Shown one piece after another: positions 9,138 to 17,530 of a stretch of DNA of 56,521 bases. This stretch comes from Bacteroidota bacterium (GTDB lineage: Bacteria > Bacteroidota > Bacteroidia > Chitinophagales > UBA8649). The notes under the pieces are model-generated. The model worked only from the letters and a program-made list of their open reading frames with translations. It made no database searches and was not told the origin of the DNA. Every line of letters starts with the position of its first letter. Within the stretch, counting starts at the first letter, position 1. The stretch covers positions 1 through 56,521 of the forward strand of contig JAYYPZ010000014.1 in the NCBI GenBank assembly GCA_036128775.1, given 5' to 3'. The position numbers and the translations under genes are program-made.

Positions 9138-10288
9138 AAAACTTAACAAGATATTTCTTAAGCCTATTCCTGTGTTTGATTGTTTTTTCGGTATCGGCAC
9201 AAACGGATATCGATACAATAGTCTACGACGGACTTGATCGTATATACGAATTTCACATTCCTTCTTCCTATGATGGCTCTGAAGAGGTTCCCTTGGTGTT
9301 TAACATGCATGGCCGTGGCAGTAACTCTTACCAACAGCGAATTTATTCTCAAATGGATGGCGTGGCTGATCTCAATAATTTCATAGTAGTCTATCCAAAC
9401 GCGGAATTCATTAACAATCTTCGCCAGTGGAATCTGACTTACGAAGTTAGCGCTCCAGGAGTCACTCCAGTTATCCCTGATGATGTAGGTTTTGTCGATA
9501 GCTTGATTGACTTCTTTATCGCAAACTACGCCATTGATACTAACCGAATCTATACATGTGGCATGAGTGCAGGGGGCTTTGTGAGCTACTTTCTGTCTTG
9601 TGCCCTGGGGGAGCGATTTACAGCAATGGCTTCCATTACAGGCTTGCCACCCTTTTCTGTCGTAGATTCTTGCCCTTCGGCACGCACTGTCCCTGTTATG
9701 CAAGTCCATGGGACGGCAGATTCTACCGTGGAGTACTTCCCCTTTCCAGGTTATATCGGTGTCGAGAGCGCTGTAGAATTGATCAGAGATCGAAATGGTT
9801 GTGATACTCAGGCGGACTACAGAGACTACGGCGATATTGATAACGATGGCGTTTCAACTGAACGCTTTATCTATCCAAACTGCCTTGACAATGGAGAACT
9901 ATGGTTTTATAAGCTGACCAATGCAACGCATACGTGGCCTGGAACACCCATTGCTTTCCCAGGAGATGGTATAAGCTATGAGATTGATGGTTCTACGGAG
10001 ATTTGGCGGTTTTTCGAACGATTCAGCAAAGATCCTTCGTTTGTCTACGTTCCCACAAATGTTTCTTCATTAGATGCTTCATTTCAAGCGTTTCCGAATC
10101 CAGCAATGGAGCGTGTTTTTGTTCCAAGACTTCTAGAAGGATCAATCTACCAAGTATTCAGTCAAGATGGTCGGTTGATGCTTGAGTCATCAGCACCTCA
10201 AGGCTATCTTGAGGTTTTAGAACTTCCAGAGGGAATGTACTATGTCTCAGGGGAAGGGTATACCTTTAGGGTATCGATACAACGTTAA
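9134..10288 (+). CDS. PHB-depolymerase/esterase-family alpha/beta hydrolase with T9SS C-terminal sorting domain
   Basis: Signal peptide MKNLTRYFLSLFLCLIVFSVSAQ, PLVFNMHGRGSN...VVYPN, nucleophile elbow GMSAGG, and QVHGTADSTV. The C-terminal ~80 aa (FQAFPNPAMERVF...GMYYVS...FRVSIQR) form a T9SS CTD. An ATGA overlap links it to the upstream stop. Confidence 0.75.
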   Translation: MKNLTRYFLSLFLCLIVFSVSAQTDIDTIVYDGLDRIYEFHIPSSYDGSEEVPLVFNMHGRGSNSYQQRIYSQMDGVADLNNFIVVYPNAEFINNLRQWNLTYEVSAPGVTPVIPDDVGFVDSLIDFFIANYAIDTNRIYTCGMSAGGFVSYFLSCALGERFTAMASITGLPPFSVVDSCPSARTVPVMQVHGTADSTVEYFPFPGYIGVESAVELIRDRNGCDTQADYRDYGDIDNDGVSTERFIYPNCLDNGELWFYKLTNATHTWPGTPIAFPGDGISYEIDGSTEIWRFFERFSKDPSFVYVPTNVSSLDASFQAFPNPAMERVFVPRLLEGSIYQVFSQDGRLMLESSAPQGYLEVLELPEGMYYVSGEGYTFRVSIQR

Positions 10289-11325
10289 TTGATATAATCA
10301 TTGTAGGGCACGGGATTGCAGGGTGTAATCTAGCCCATCTTGCCGAAAGGAAGGGACTCTCTTTTTGTGTCGTCGACAAGGGAGGCTACAGCACGTCAAA
10401 AGTTGCTGTCGGTATGATTAATCCGATAACAGGTCGAAAGTATGTCAAAACCTGGCAAGCCGATACCTTGTGGCCTTTTTTAGAAGACCATTATACCTTG
10501 CTTGAAAAAAATCTCAGCGAGCCAATCATACATGCACACCCCCTATTTAAAGTCCTTCCCGATATTGATGCCTTAAACACATGGCAAATGCGTCTAGGGG
10601 ATGCGGCGTACCATAAATACTTGAAAGACAACCAACCTTCTCGCCTCGAAGGTATAGACCTCCTTCAACCCCATGGCGGCTTCTACATCAATAAGGCCTA
10701 TCGCGTGGATGGGCCATCCTTGCTTGGTGCCTCAGTGCGGCGTTGGGTTTCCAAAGGATGTTATCAAAGGGAAGCGTTTGATCTTTCTGAGCTTGCCTAT
10801 GATGGAACTTCTGTTCGATACCGATCGCTACGTGCGAAGCATATTGTTTTCTGCCAAGGACATACCATTTCTTCGAATCCATTTTTCCCTGATATTCCTG
10901 TGAGAGCCAATAAGGGAGAAGCTTTAATTATTAAGAGCAAATCCCTTCCAAAGGATGTAATTATTGGCCATCAAGTCAATATTGTCCCCTTGGGCAAGGA
11001 TAGGTATTGGGTCGGTTCGACCTATGCTTGGGAGGATGAAACAACAGAGCCAACGGCTGCGGGAAAACAAGGCTTGCTTGACCGCTTGGCCAAAAGTTTC
11101 CAAGGAGAATACCGTGTGTTAGATCATCTTGCCGGATTACGGCCAGCTTCCAAAGACCGACGACCAATAATTGGACGCAGTCCAAAGAGCGCTCAGGTTG
11201 CATGCCTTGCAGGAATGGGAACTAAAGGGTATTCGCTGAGTCCTTATTTTGCAGACATGTTGCTTGATGCACTGTTTAATCAAAAAGATATCCTACCTGA
11301 AGTAAACCTAGCGCGCTTTGTTTAG
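10288..11325 (+). CDS. FAD-dependent oxidoreductase (DAO family); start codon uncertain (candidate ATT at 10288)
   Basis: The frame is open from 10270. The dinucleotide-binding motif DIIIVGHGIAGCNLA is encoded at 10291-10335, upstream of the first ATG (10414), and no ATG/GTG/TTG lies before it. The C-terminal GLRPASKDRRPIIG is DAO-type. Confidence 0.7.
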   Translation: MDIIIVGHGIAGCNLAHLAERKGLSFCVVDKGGYSTSKVAVGMINPITGRKYVKTWQADTLWPFLEDHYTLLEKNLSEPIIHAHPLFKVLPDIDALNTWQMRLGDAAYHKYLKDNQPSRLEGIDLLQPHGGFYINKAYRVDGPSLLGASVRRWVSKGCYQREAFDLSELAYDGTSVRYRSLRAKHIVFCQGHTISSNPFFPDIPVRANKGEALIIKSKSLPKDVIIGHQVNIVPLGKDRYWVGSTYAWEDETTEPTAAGKQGLLDRLAKSFQGEYRVLDHLAGLRPASKDRRPIIGRSPKSAQVACLAGMGTKGYSLSPYFADMLLDALFNQKDILPEVNLARFV

Positions 11326-12010
11326 CCATCCAGAGATATTATACAGCGACAACCACTTATTGGTGGTCAATAAGCCTCCTACTATGCTTGTGCAAGGTGA
11401 TGCTACGGGTGATTTGACTTTGCTTGATTGGGCAAAGGAGTATATCAAAAAAGAAAAAAATAAGCCCGGCGAAGCCTTCGTAGGCTTAGTTCATCGGCTT
11501 GATCGAGTAACGAGTGGCGTAATCGTTTTAGCAAGAACAAGCAAAGCATTGACGAGACTCAATGCTGCATTTAAAGACCGTCAAACCCAAAAGACCTATT
11601 GGGCAGTGGTCCAAGAGCGTCCCAAAGACCTAGAAGGTAAGTTAGTCCATCATCTTATCAAAGATTCAAAAGCCAATAAATCAAGGCCATGCAAAGCAGG
11701 CCGCCCAAGGGCTAAAGAGGCCATACTAATGTATTCTTTGAAGCGTAGTTTAGAACGGTATCATCTCCTCGAAGTTCATCCTGTGACTGGTCGCCACCAC
11801 CAGATTCGGTGTCAGTTGTCAGCTATAGGTTGTCCTATCAAAGGCGACATAAAGTATGGCTTTCCAAGGCCCAATGAGGATAAATCCATTCATCTCCATG
11901 CTCGCTCCCTGCGTTTCCCGCATCCTACCACCAAAGAAGCCATTTATATTGAGGCCTTACCTCCTATGGGTGATCGAATCTGGGAGCTACTCTCAGACCA
12001 TCTTGCTTGA
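11318..12010 (+). CDS. RluA family pseudouridine synthase
   Basis: ILYSDNHLLVVNKPPTMLV and the catalytic HRLDRVTSGVIVLART motif. The TTG start overlaps the upstream gene by 8 nt. Confidence 0.85.
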   Translation: MFSHPEILYSDNHLLVVNKPPTMLVQGDATGDLTLLDWAKEYIKKEKNKPGEAFVGLVHRLDRVTSGVIVLARTSKALTRLNAAFKDRQTQKTYWAVVQERPKDLEGKLVHHLIKDSKANKSRPCKAGRPRAKEAILMYSLKRSLERYHLLEVHPVTGRHHQIRCQLSAIGCPIKGDIKYGFPRPNEDKSIHLHARSLRFPHPTTKEAIYIEALPPMGDRIWELLSDHLA

Positions 12011-12041
12011 TTAGGTCGTCTTCCGTAGTTTTAATAACATC

Positions 12042-12707
12042 ATGATTTCTACTCAACAGGCCATTGATCATTTGCGCCCCTATCTCACCGATAATCGATG
12101 GGATTTAATGCATGATATTTTGCGCCAACGCACACGGTTCTTAACGGTGATTACCGAAGAACTTTATAGAGAGCATAATGCTAACGCTTTACTTAGAAGC
12201 TGCGAATGTTTTGGACTACAGGAGATGCATGTGATAGATAATATCAATGAATTTGCAATTCACCGAGACATGAGTCGAGGCGCTGCAAAATGGGTAGAGA
12301 TCAATAAACACAAGGATGTTCGGCAATGTATTGAGGGACTTAAAAATCGCGGATATCGAATTGCTGCGGCACACCCCGAAGCGGACTATACACCTGAAAC
12401 GCTTCCTCTAGATCGGCCATTAGCCATAATGCTTGGTACAGAATGGCATGGCTTATCAGAAACGGCGTTTGAACTTGCAGACACACGGGTTAAGATTCCT
12501 ATGTATGGGTTTACAGAAAGCCTTAATGTTTCAGTTTCCTGTGCGGTCTTACTTCAACGGTTGAACCATCGACTGCGGAGTCAAGATCCTTCCTTATGGC
12601 AACTTACTAGCGAAGATTTTTTAGAAACTCTTCTCGATTGGACAAAGAAATCGGTAAAGCATAGCGAACCTTTGCTAAAGGCCTTAGCTAAGGAAGAAGC
12701 ATCTTAA
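12042..12707 (+). CDS. trmH: TrmH/SpoU family RNA 2'-O-methyltransferase
   Basis: SPOUT motifs: NANALLRSCECFG, LGTEWHGLS, IPMYGFTESLNVSVSCAVLL. Confidence 0.85.
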   Translation: MISTQQAIDHLRPYLTDNRWDLMHDILRQRTRFLTVITEELYREHNANALLRSCECFGLQEMHVIDNINEFAIHRDMSRGAAKWVEINKHKDVRQCIEGLKNRGYRIAAAHPEADYTPETLPLDRPLAIMLGTEWHGLSETAFELADTRVKIPMYGFTESLNVSVSCAVLLQRLNHRLRSQDPSLWQLTSEDFLETLLDWTKKSVKHSEPLLKALAKEEAS

Positions 12708-13479
12708 ACTCTGCATAGGTCTTCCCATCGACCAAGGGCTCAATGAATTCTGTTTCACAGTTTAGAACGCTTGCTTCCTCTTGGATATTCTCTACTCGGT
12801 TGTCTGGATTAGGGTGAGTACTTAAAAATTGAGGGGGATTGGGACTTCCTTCGTCGATTATCTTTTGGAAAAAATTGGCAGCACCATCTGCATTGAATGG
12901 GGTTTCACATAGATAGCGCACCGAGGCATTGTCAGCATCGGTTTCGTCCGAGCGACTGAAACTAAGCGCCCACAGCGAACTTGCCACTTGAGCTAATGTT
13001 CCAGGATCGCCTCCAGTCAATATCTCAAAAAGAAGTTGAATGCCAAATTGCTTTTGCATTTGCCGGCTTGAATGCCGATTATCTGCATGGGCTATCTCAT
13101 GCCCAAGAACACCCGCAAGAGATGAAGCGTCATCAAGGTAGTGAATGAGTCCAGTGTAGATATATATAAATCCACCAGGTGTGGCAAAAGCATTGAGCAC
13201 TTCATCATCATATACTATATGCAATTCCCAAGGAAATTCCTCTTTGTAGCGTACCTCACCTGTCTCTAAAATCATTTCCTTCATGGCGTTCAGGTATGCA
13301 TAGGCTTCAGGGTATTGCGTCTCTTCTAAAATGATGATGTTTGGATCAGCCTCGATTTCAGCATCCACTTGTTGGCCTAAGTTGATATCATCTTGCACAG
13401 AAAACAAGAAAATACCTCCGGATTGACATCCCAACAAAAAGAATAATGTCGAAGCCGCAAGTACGTGATATATTTTCAT
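12688..13479 (-). CDS. M48 family metallopeptidase lipoprotein
   Basis: Lipoprotein signal MKIYHVLAASTLFFLLGC, the HEIAHADNRH (HExxH) motif, and NAFATPGGFIYIYTG. The start at 13479 is chosen over the longer track ORF. The 3' end overlaps trmH by 20 nt. Confidence 0.8.
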   Translation of the reverse strand: MKIYHVLAASTLFFLLGCQSGGIFLFSVQDDINLGQQVDAEIEADPNIIILEETQYPEAYAYLNAMKEMILETGEVRYKEEFPWELHIVYDDEVLNAFATPGGFIYIYTGLIHYLDDASSLAGVLGHEIAHADNRHSSRQMQKQFGIQLLFEILTGGDPGTLAQVASSLWALSFSRSDETDADNASVRYLCETPFNADGAANFFQKIIDEGSPNPPQFLSTHPNPDNRVENIQEEASVLNCETEFIEPLVDGKTYAEFKMLLP

Positions 13480-13489
13480 GCTGAGTTTT

Positions 13490-14083
13490 TTAGAGATAGG
13501 CCGTTTGCCAAGTGCTACCAAATACGATTTCGCTGAGTGCCTTCCTTGTTCTTGGTGCTCCTTCTTCTTCATGGAAGGATTCAGGGATTTGTTGGAGCGC
13601 ACCGTGATGGCCACAAACAAACCCACAAATGATATTGTGCTTTTCAGGCACATTGAATGCCTCACGAATCTCGTCACGATGAATTCCTCCAAAAAGATGG
13701 CATCGAAGACCGAGCGTTTCGGCTTGGACCACTAAAAAGCCCGCAGCGATGCCCGCTTCAAAGGTGGCGGCATAATTATGCTCTCCAGATGTAGGTGAGG
13801 TTTCATCGGCAATAATAAAACCGAGCAAAGGAGCGGATTGAGCCCATTGTTGATTCCAGGCACCAACGCATGAGAAAGCTTTATCGTAGTGATCATCACC
13901 TTGTTGGGCAACAATAAAACGCCATGGTTGGTCATTGTATCCAGACATAGCCCATCTAGCGGCTTCAAACATTGAAACGATTTCCTCCTTAGTCAATGGC
14001 CTGCTATCAAATGCTCGGGGGCTCCATCTTCTTTGGAGGGCTTCCTGAATAGGGAATGCCGTAATCGCTGGTTTGTCTTGCAT
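13490..14083 (-). CDS. Nitroreductase family protein
   Basis: RRWSPRAFDSRPL...EAARWAMSGYNDQPWRF is the typical nitroreductase-fold N-terminus. Confidence 0.85.
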   Translation of the reverse strand: MQDKPAITAFPIQEALQRRWSPRAFDSRPLTKEEIVSMFEAARWAMSGYNDQPWRFIVAQQGDDHYDKAFSCVGAWNQQWAQSAPLLGFIIADETSPTSGEHNYAATFEAGIAAGFLVVQAETLGLRCHLFGGIHRDEIREAFNVPEKHNIICGFVCGHHGALQQIPESFHEEEGAPRTRKALSEIVFGSTWQTAYL

Positions 14084-14084
14084 A

Positions 14085-14897
14085 TTACTGGAGGCTAATC
14101 ATTTGGGTGTAGGAAGAAGTCTTTGCATCAACGTGCAGGATATACATACCAGCTGGGATAGACGATGCATCTAAAGTCGTTGAGCTACCCGGCGTAAGCG
14201 TTGTATTAGGGATACTTTGTGCTCCATTTATACAGAGTAGGCGTGCTGTGACTGGATAAGGCAGGCTATTGTCTGCATTAAGTTGAATCTGACTGCCAAG
14301 AATAGCTAAAGAAAGTGCTTCTTCAAGTACTGAGGAGGTAATGGAAGTTGTCGCTGCAGGATTAATTTTTAACTCATAAGGGCGAATAACATCACCTGAG
14401 AATTGTCCATTATTGTTAGCATCATTTACACTGGCATAAAAAGTTACCTCTCCATTGACTCCACTGGGCGACCAAGTAAAGTCCCAAGCGGTCGCTGCGT
14501 TGCTGTTTTGCGCTAAATAGGTGCGATTGTTTTGAGTGTACAATTGCGCATTGCCATCAATTGTGCTCAGCGCACCCGCCATATCATTGTTTTCATCCAA
14601 TACGGTTAATGAGAAGCCTCCGCGAGTGCTTAATGGATTGTCAATGGAAAGGCTCATCGCATAAGAAGCTGAATTATCATATTCAAAGCTTGGTGTGAGT
14701 GGATCGCCATTGATGGTAACACTGATGTTTTCATTAAGGGGGGCGAGCGGGCTAGAATTATGGCAGTTCCCACAAGTACCGTTATCCCCAGGAGCACCGG
14801 CCAAACCGGGTTTCCCCGCCGTATTTGATATTCCTATTTGAAGGCCTATCCATGAAAAAAATGCAAAACATAAGGAGAGGAGAACCAATCGTTTCAT
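14085..14897 (-). CDS. Secreted protein with N-terminal CxxCH-containing domain and T9SS C-terminal sorting domain
   Basis: Signal peptide, then GKPGLAGAPGDNGTCGNCH, a beta-rich middle region (GGFSLTVLD...), and a T9SS tail (...AGMYILHVDAKTSSYTQMISLQ). Confidence 0.65.
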   Translation of the reverse strand: MKRLVLLSLCFAFFSWIGLQIGISNTAGKPGLAGAPGDNGTCGNCHNSSPLAPLNENISVTINGDPLTPSFEYDNSASYAMSLSIDNPLSTRGGFSLTVLDENNDMAGALSTIDGNAQLYTQNNRTYLAQNSNAATAWDFTWSPSGVNGEVTFYASVNDANNNGQFSGDVIRPYELKINPAATTSITSSVLEEALSLAILGSQIQLNADNSLPYPVTARLLCINGAQSIPNTTLTPGSSTTLDASSIPAGMYILHVDAKTSSYTQMISLQ

Positions 14898-14918
14898 AAG
14901 AGATGACTTTCCCTTAAG

Positions 14919-15386
14919 TTAAGAAGCTTCTGTCAATTTTAGGATTTGTTCGGTAGCTTCTTTGTTTTTCACCTTTCGTATGACGTGTTCGATTTTACCT
15001 TCCTCATCAATTACAAACGTGGTACGCAGGGTTCCGTAATACTCTTTGCCGTACATCTTTTTTATTCCCCAAGTTCCGTAAGCCTCATGTACCGACTTGT
15101 CGGTATCGGCCATTAGAGGGAAAGGTAGGTCGTACTTGGCAATAAACTTTTGATGGGAAGCTTCGCCTTGTATGCTTGCTCCGATAACAGCATACCCTTT
15201 ATCAATCAGCATTGAGTAATTGTCTCGAAAGTTGCAGGACTCTGCTGTACAACCCGGAGTGTCGTCTTTTGGGTAGAAATAGAGAATTACCTTTTTTCCT
15301 TTGAAATCTTGAAGTCGAAGGGGATTGCCGTTTTGGTCAATGGATTCGAAGAGAGGGGCAGAATCTCCCGCATTTAAGTGGCTCAT
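14919..15386 (-). CDS. bcp: Thioredoxin-dependent thiol peroxidase (peroxiredoxin Bcp)
   Basis: FYPKDDTPGCTAESC peroxidatic/resolving Cys motif, 155 aa, strong Bcp pattern. Confidence 0.9.
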   Translation of the reverse strand: MSHLNAGDSAPLFESIDQNGNPLRLQDFKGKKVILYFYPKDDTPGCTAESCNFRDNYSMLIDKGYAVIGASIQGEASHQKFIAKYDLPFPLMADTDKSVHEAYGTWGIKKMYGKEYYGTLRTTFVIDEEGKIEHVIRKVKNKEATEQILKLTEAS

Positions 15387-15420
15387 AGTCTATGTGTTTG
15401 TTCTTGTAACAAGATAGACT
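15387..15420. promoter_or_regulatory. Inverted repeat AGTCTAT-N20-ATAGACT abutting the bcp start codon
   Basis: Perfect 7-bp arms at 15387-15393 and 15414-15420, with partial inner complementarity (TTGTT/AACAA). It sits in the 43-nt gap between the LOG-family gene and bcp. Confidence 0.3.
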
Positions 15421-15429
15421 TTTGGAAGT

Positions 15430-16104
15430 TTAAAAATTAGGGATAATGGCTTTGTTTTTATAAAAGTCGTCGATGATCTGAACGACTTCTTCGGTAGAGT
15501 CTGTTAGATGAAATAAATCCATGTCTTCAGGGGATATATTACCCTCCTGGAGCATGACATTTTTCATCCATTCTATGAGGCCTTTCCAAAACGAAGTTCC
15601 CACAAGGATCACAGGAACAGCTTTCATTTTTTTGGTTTGAATCAGGGTAATGGTCTCATAAAACTCATCCAGCGTTCCCACACCACCCGGCATAAGCACA
15701 ATGGCTTGGGCGTATTTCACAAGCATTACTTTGCGGGCAAAGAAGTAGCGAAAATTGATGAGTTTATCGTAATCAATGTATGGGTTGGCTTCCTGTTCAA
15801 ATGGCAATTCTATATTGAGCCCTACGGATTTTCCTTCAGCTTCACGTGCGCCTCGATTGCCAGCTTCCATGATGCCTGGTCCTCCGCCGGTAATGATTCC
15901 AAAACCCTCAGCAACAAGCGCTTTTGAAATATCCATAGTTTGTTGGTAATAGGCATTTTCTTCCTTGGTTCGAGCGGATCCAAAAATCGTAACGCAGGGT
16001 CCAATTCTTTCTAACCGTTCAAAGCCTTCTACAAACTCGGCCATGATTTTAAACATTGACCAAGAGGATTCAGCTTGGTGTTCGTGCCATGATTTATTTT
16101 TCAT
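15430..16104 (-). CDS. LOG family (TIGR00730) Rossmann-fold nucleotide phosphoribohydrolase
   Basis: GGGPGIMEA and PGGVGTLDE motifs, with conserved N-terminus FKIMAEFVEGFE. Confidence 0.85.
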   Translation of the reverse strand: MKNKSWHEHQAESSWSMFKIMAEFVEGFERLERIGPCVTIFGSARTKEENAYYQQTMDISKALVAEGFGIITGGGPGIMEAGNRGAREAEGKSVGLNIELPFEQEANPYIDYDKLINFRYFFARKVMLVKYAQAIVLMPGGVGTLDEFYETITLIQTKKMKAVPVILVGTSFWKGLIEWMKNVMLQEGNISPEDMDLFHLTDSTEEVVQIIDDFYKNKAIIPNF

Positions 16105-17530
16105 AGGAAAGATCTTTAGTGGAGGTTATAACGAGTAAACTATACATTATAGTGCCATTGATTCCTAAAAGGAGAAATCCAGGACTGAAATTCAGGTCTT
16201 TTGTGAGTAGTAGTTGGCACCAAAGTGTAAGTCCAATGGTGAGCATACATAATATGGGAATGTAAATTGATTTTACCTTTCGTTTCGCACTCATGGCAAA
16301 CAGAAACAAGCCAAGTAAGGGACCATAGGTGTATTGGGCAACTGTAAAGATTCGATTGATAATGCTTTCTCCGTTGGGTGCATAGTAAAAGCCTAAAATG
16401 ATGGCAGCAAGGAGTAAGGCAAAGCTGCCGTGAATCAACAATCTTTTTTTGGATGAAAAGGTCTTATCCTGAAGGATATCGACTTGAAAGCAGGTCGTCA
16501 ATGAGGTCAGCGCTGAATCTGCACTAGAAAGTGCCGCAGCAATGAGGCCAAGCACAAATAATCCGCCTAACGCCGCCGAAAAGGTGCCCGAGGAGAATAT
16601 AACCGTTGGGAATAGATGGTCGGGGCGCTCAACCAAAAGGTTCGCTTCTTGGGCAAATATGGATAGGTAATACCCTAGGCCAAGGAACAAAAGATTGATT
16701 GGAATGAGTAAAAGACTTAAGGTGATGATGTTCTTTTGACCACTTATAGAATCCTTGCAAGTAAGGTTTTTTTGCATCATATCTTGGTCCAAGCCTGTCA
16801 TGCAAAAGGCAAGTAATGCTCCACCCAAAAACTGTTTTACAAAGTGGTTGTCATTGTTTCTAAACTCCTCAAAATCAAAAGTTGTGTGGCTAATTGATGC
16901 TTGAAGCGCCGAGAAATCTCCTATTTCACAAGCTAGTAAATACAAGGTCACCCCAGCGCAGATGAGCATCACACTGGTCTGCAGCGTGTCGGTATAGACC
17001 AAAGTCTTCACACCCCCTGTCGCAGTATAGGCAAAGATTAAAAGCAGGGTGATTATGACGGTCACTTCAATAGGAATGTGTAGCGGGTCCAAGACAAAGT
17101 GCTGAAGCAATAAGACGACCAAAAAGAGGCGAAAAGCGCTTCCAATCACTCGCGAAGCCAAAAAACTCAATGCGCCAACAAGGCGTGCTTCCATGCCGAT
17201 GGTTGTCTCTAGATATTGATAGATCGAGACTACTTTTTGATTATAGAAGCGCGGAATAAGCATGCAAGCGATAAGGAGATATCCCACCTGATAACCTAAG
17301 ACCATTTGCATATAGGAAAATCCCTTAGCCCCTACAAGACCTGGTACTGAAAGAAAGGTCACTCCCGACAAAGAGGCACCAATCATACCATAGGCTACAA
17401 GAGGCCATGGCGAGGATTTATCTCCGTCATAAAATGCTCTCTCTCCTCTTTTTTGGCTTACCCAATAGTTGATGGCCAACAAGACACCGAAGTATACTGC
17501 CGTGATAGCTAAGAGCATAGTGAGGCTCAT
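16094..17530 (-). CDS. Sodium:solute symporter family transporter
   Basis: Polytopic membrane protein with an SSF-like N-terminus (AITAVYFGVLLAINYWVS..., GASLSGVTFLSVPG). The ATG at 17530 overlaps the galE stop (ATGA); the longer track ORF would overlap galE by 79 nt. Confidence 0.8.
   Translation of the reverse strand: MSLTMLLAITAVYFGVLLAINYWVSQKRGERAFYDGDKSSPWPLVAYGMIGASLSGVTFLSVPGLVGAKGFSYMQMVLGYQVGYLLIACMLIPRFYNQKVVSIYQYLETTIGMEARLVGALSFLASRVIGSAFRLFLVVLLLQHFVLDPLHIPIEVTVIITLLLIFAYTATGGVKTLVYTDTLQTSVMLICAGVTLYLLACEIGDFSALQASISHTTFDFEEFRNNDNHFVKQFLGGALLAFCMTGLDQDMMQKNLTCKDSISGQKNIITLSLLLIPINLLFLGLGYYLSIFAQEANLLVERPDHLFPTVIFSSGTFSAALGGLFVLGLIAAALSSADSALTSLTTCFQVDILQDKTFSSKKRLLIHGSFALLLAAIILGFYYAPNGESIINRIFTVAQYTYGPLLGLFLFAMSAKRKVKSIYIPILCMLTIGLTLWCQLLLTKDLNFSPGFLLLGINGTIMYSLLVITSTKDLSYEK

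Noticed and set aside
9164-9709. 181-aa antisense ORF inside the esterase gene, plus similar nested antisense ORFs at 35532-35888, 37480-37812, 47725-48090, 49183-49503 and 55697-56017
   Set aside because: All lie entirely within, and opposite to, genes with strong family signatures. Their translations are Cys/Arg/His-rich or otherwise low-plausibility, with no recognisable motifs. They are best explained as chance open frames in AT-moderate DNA.
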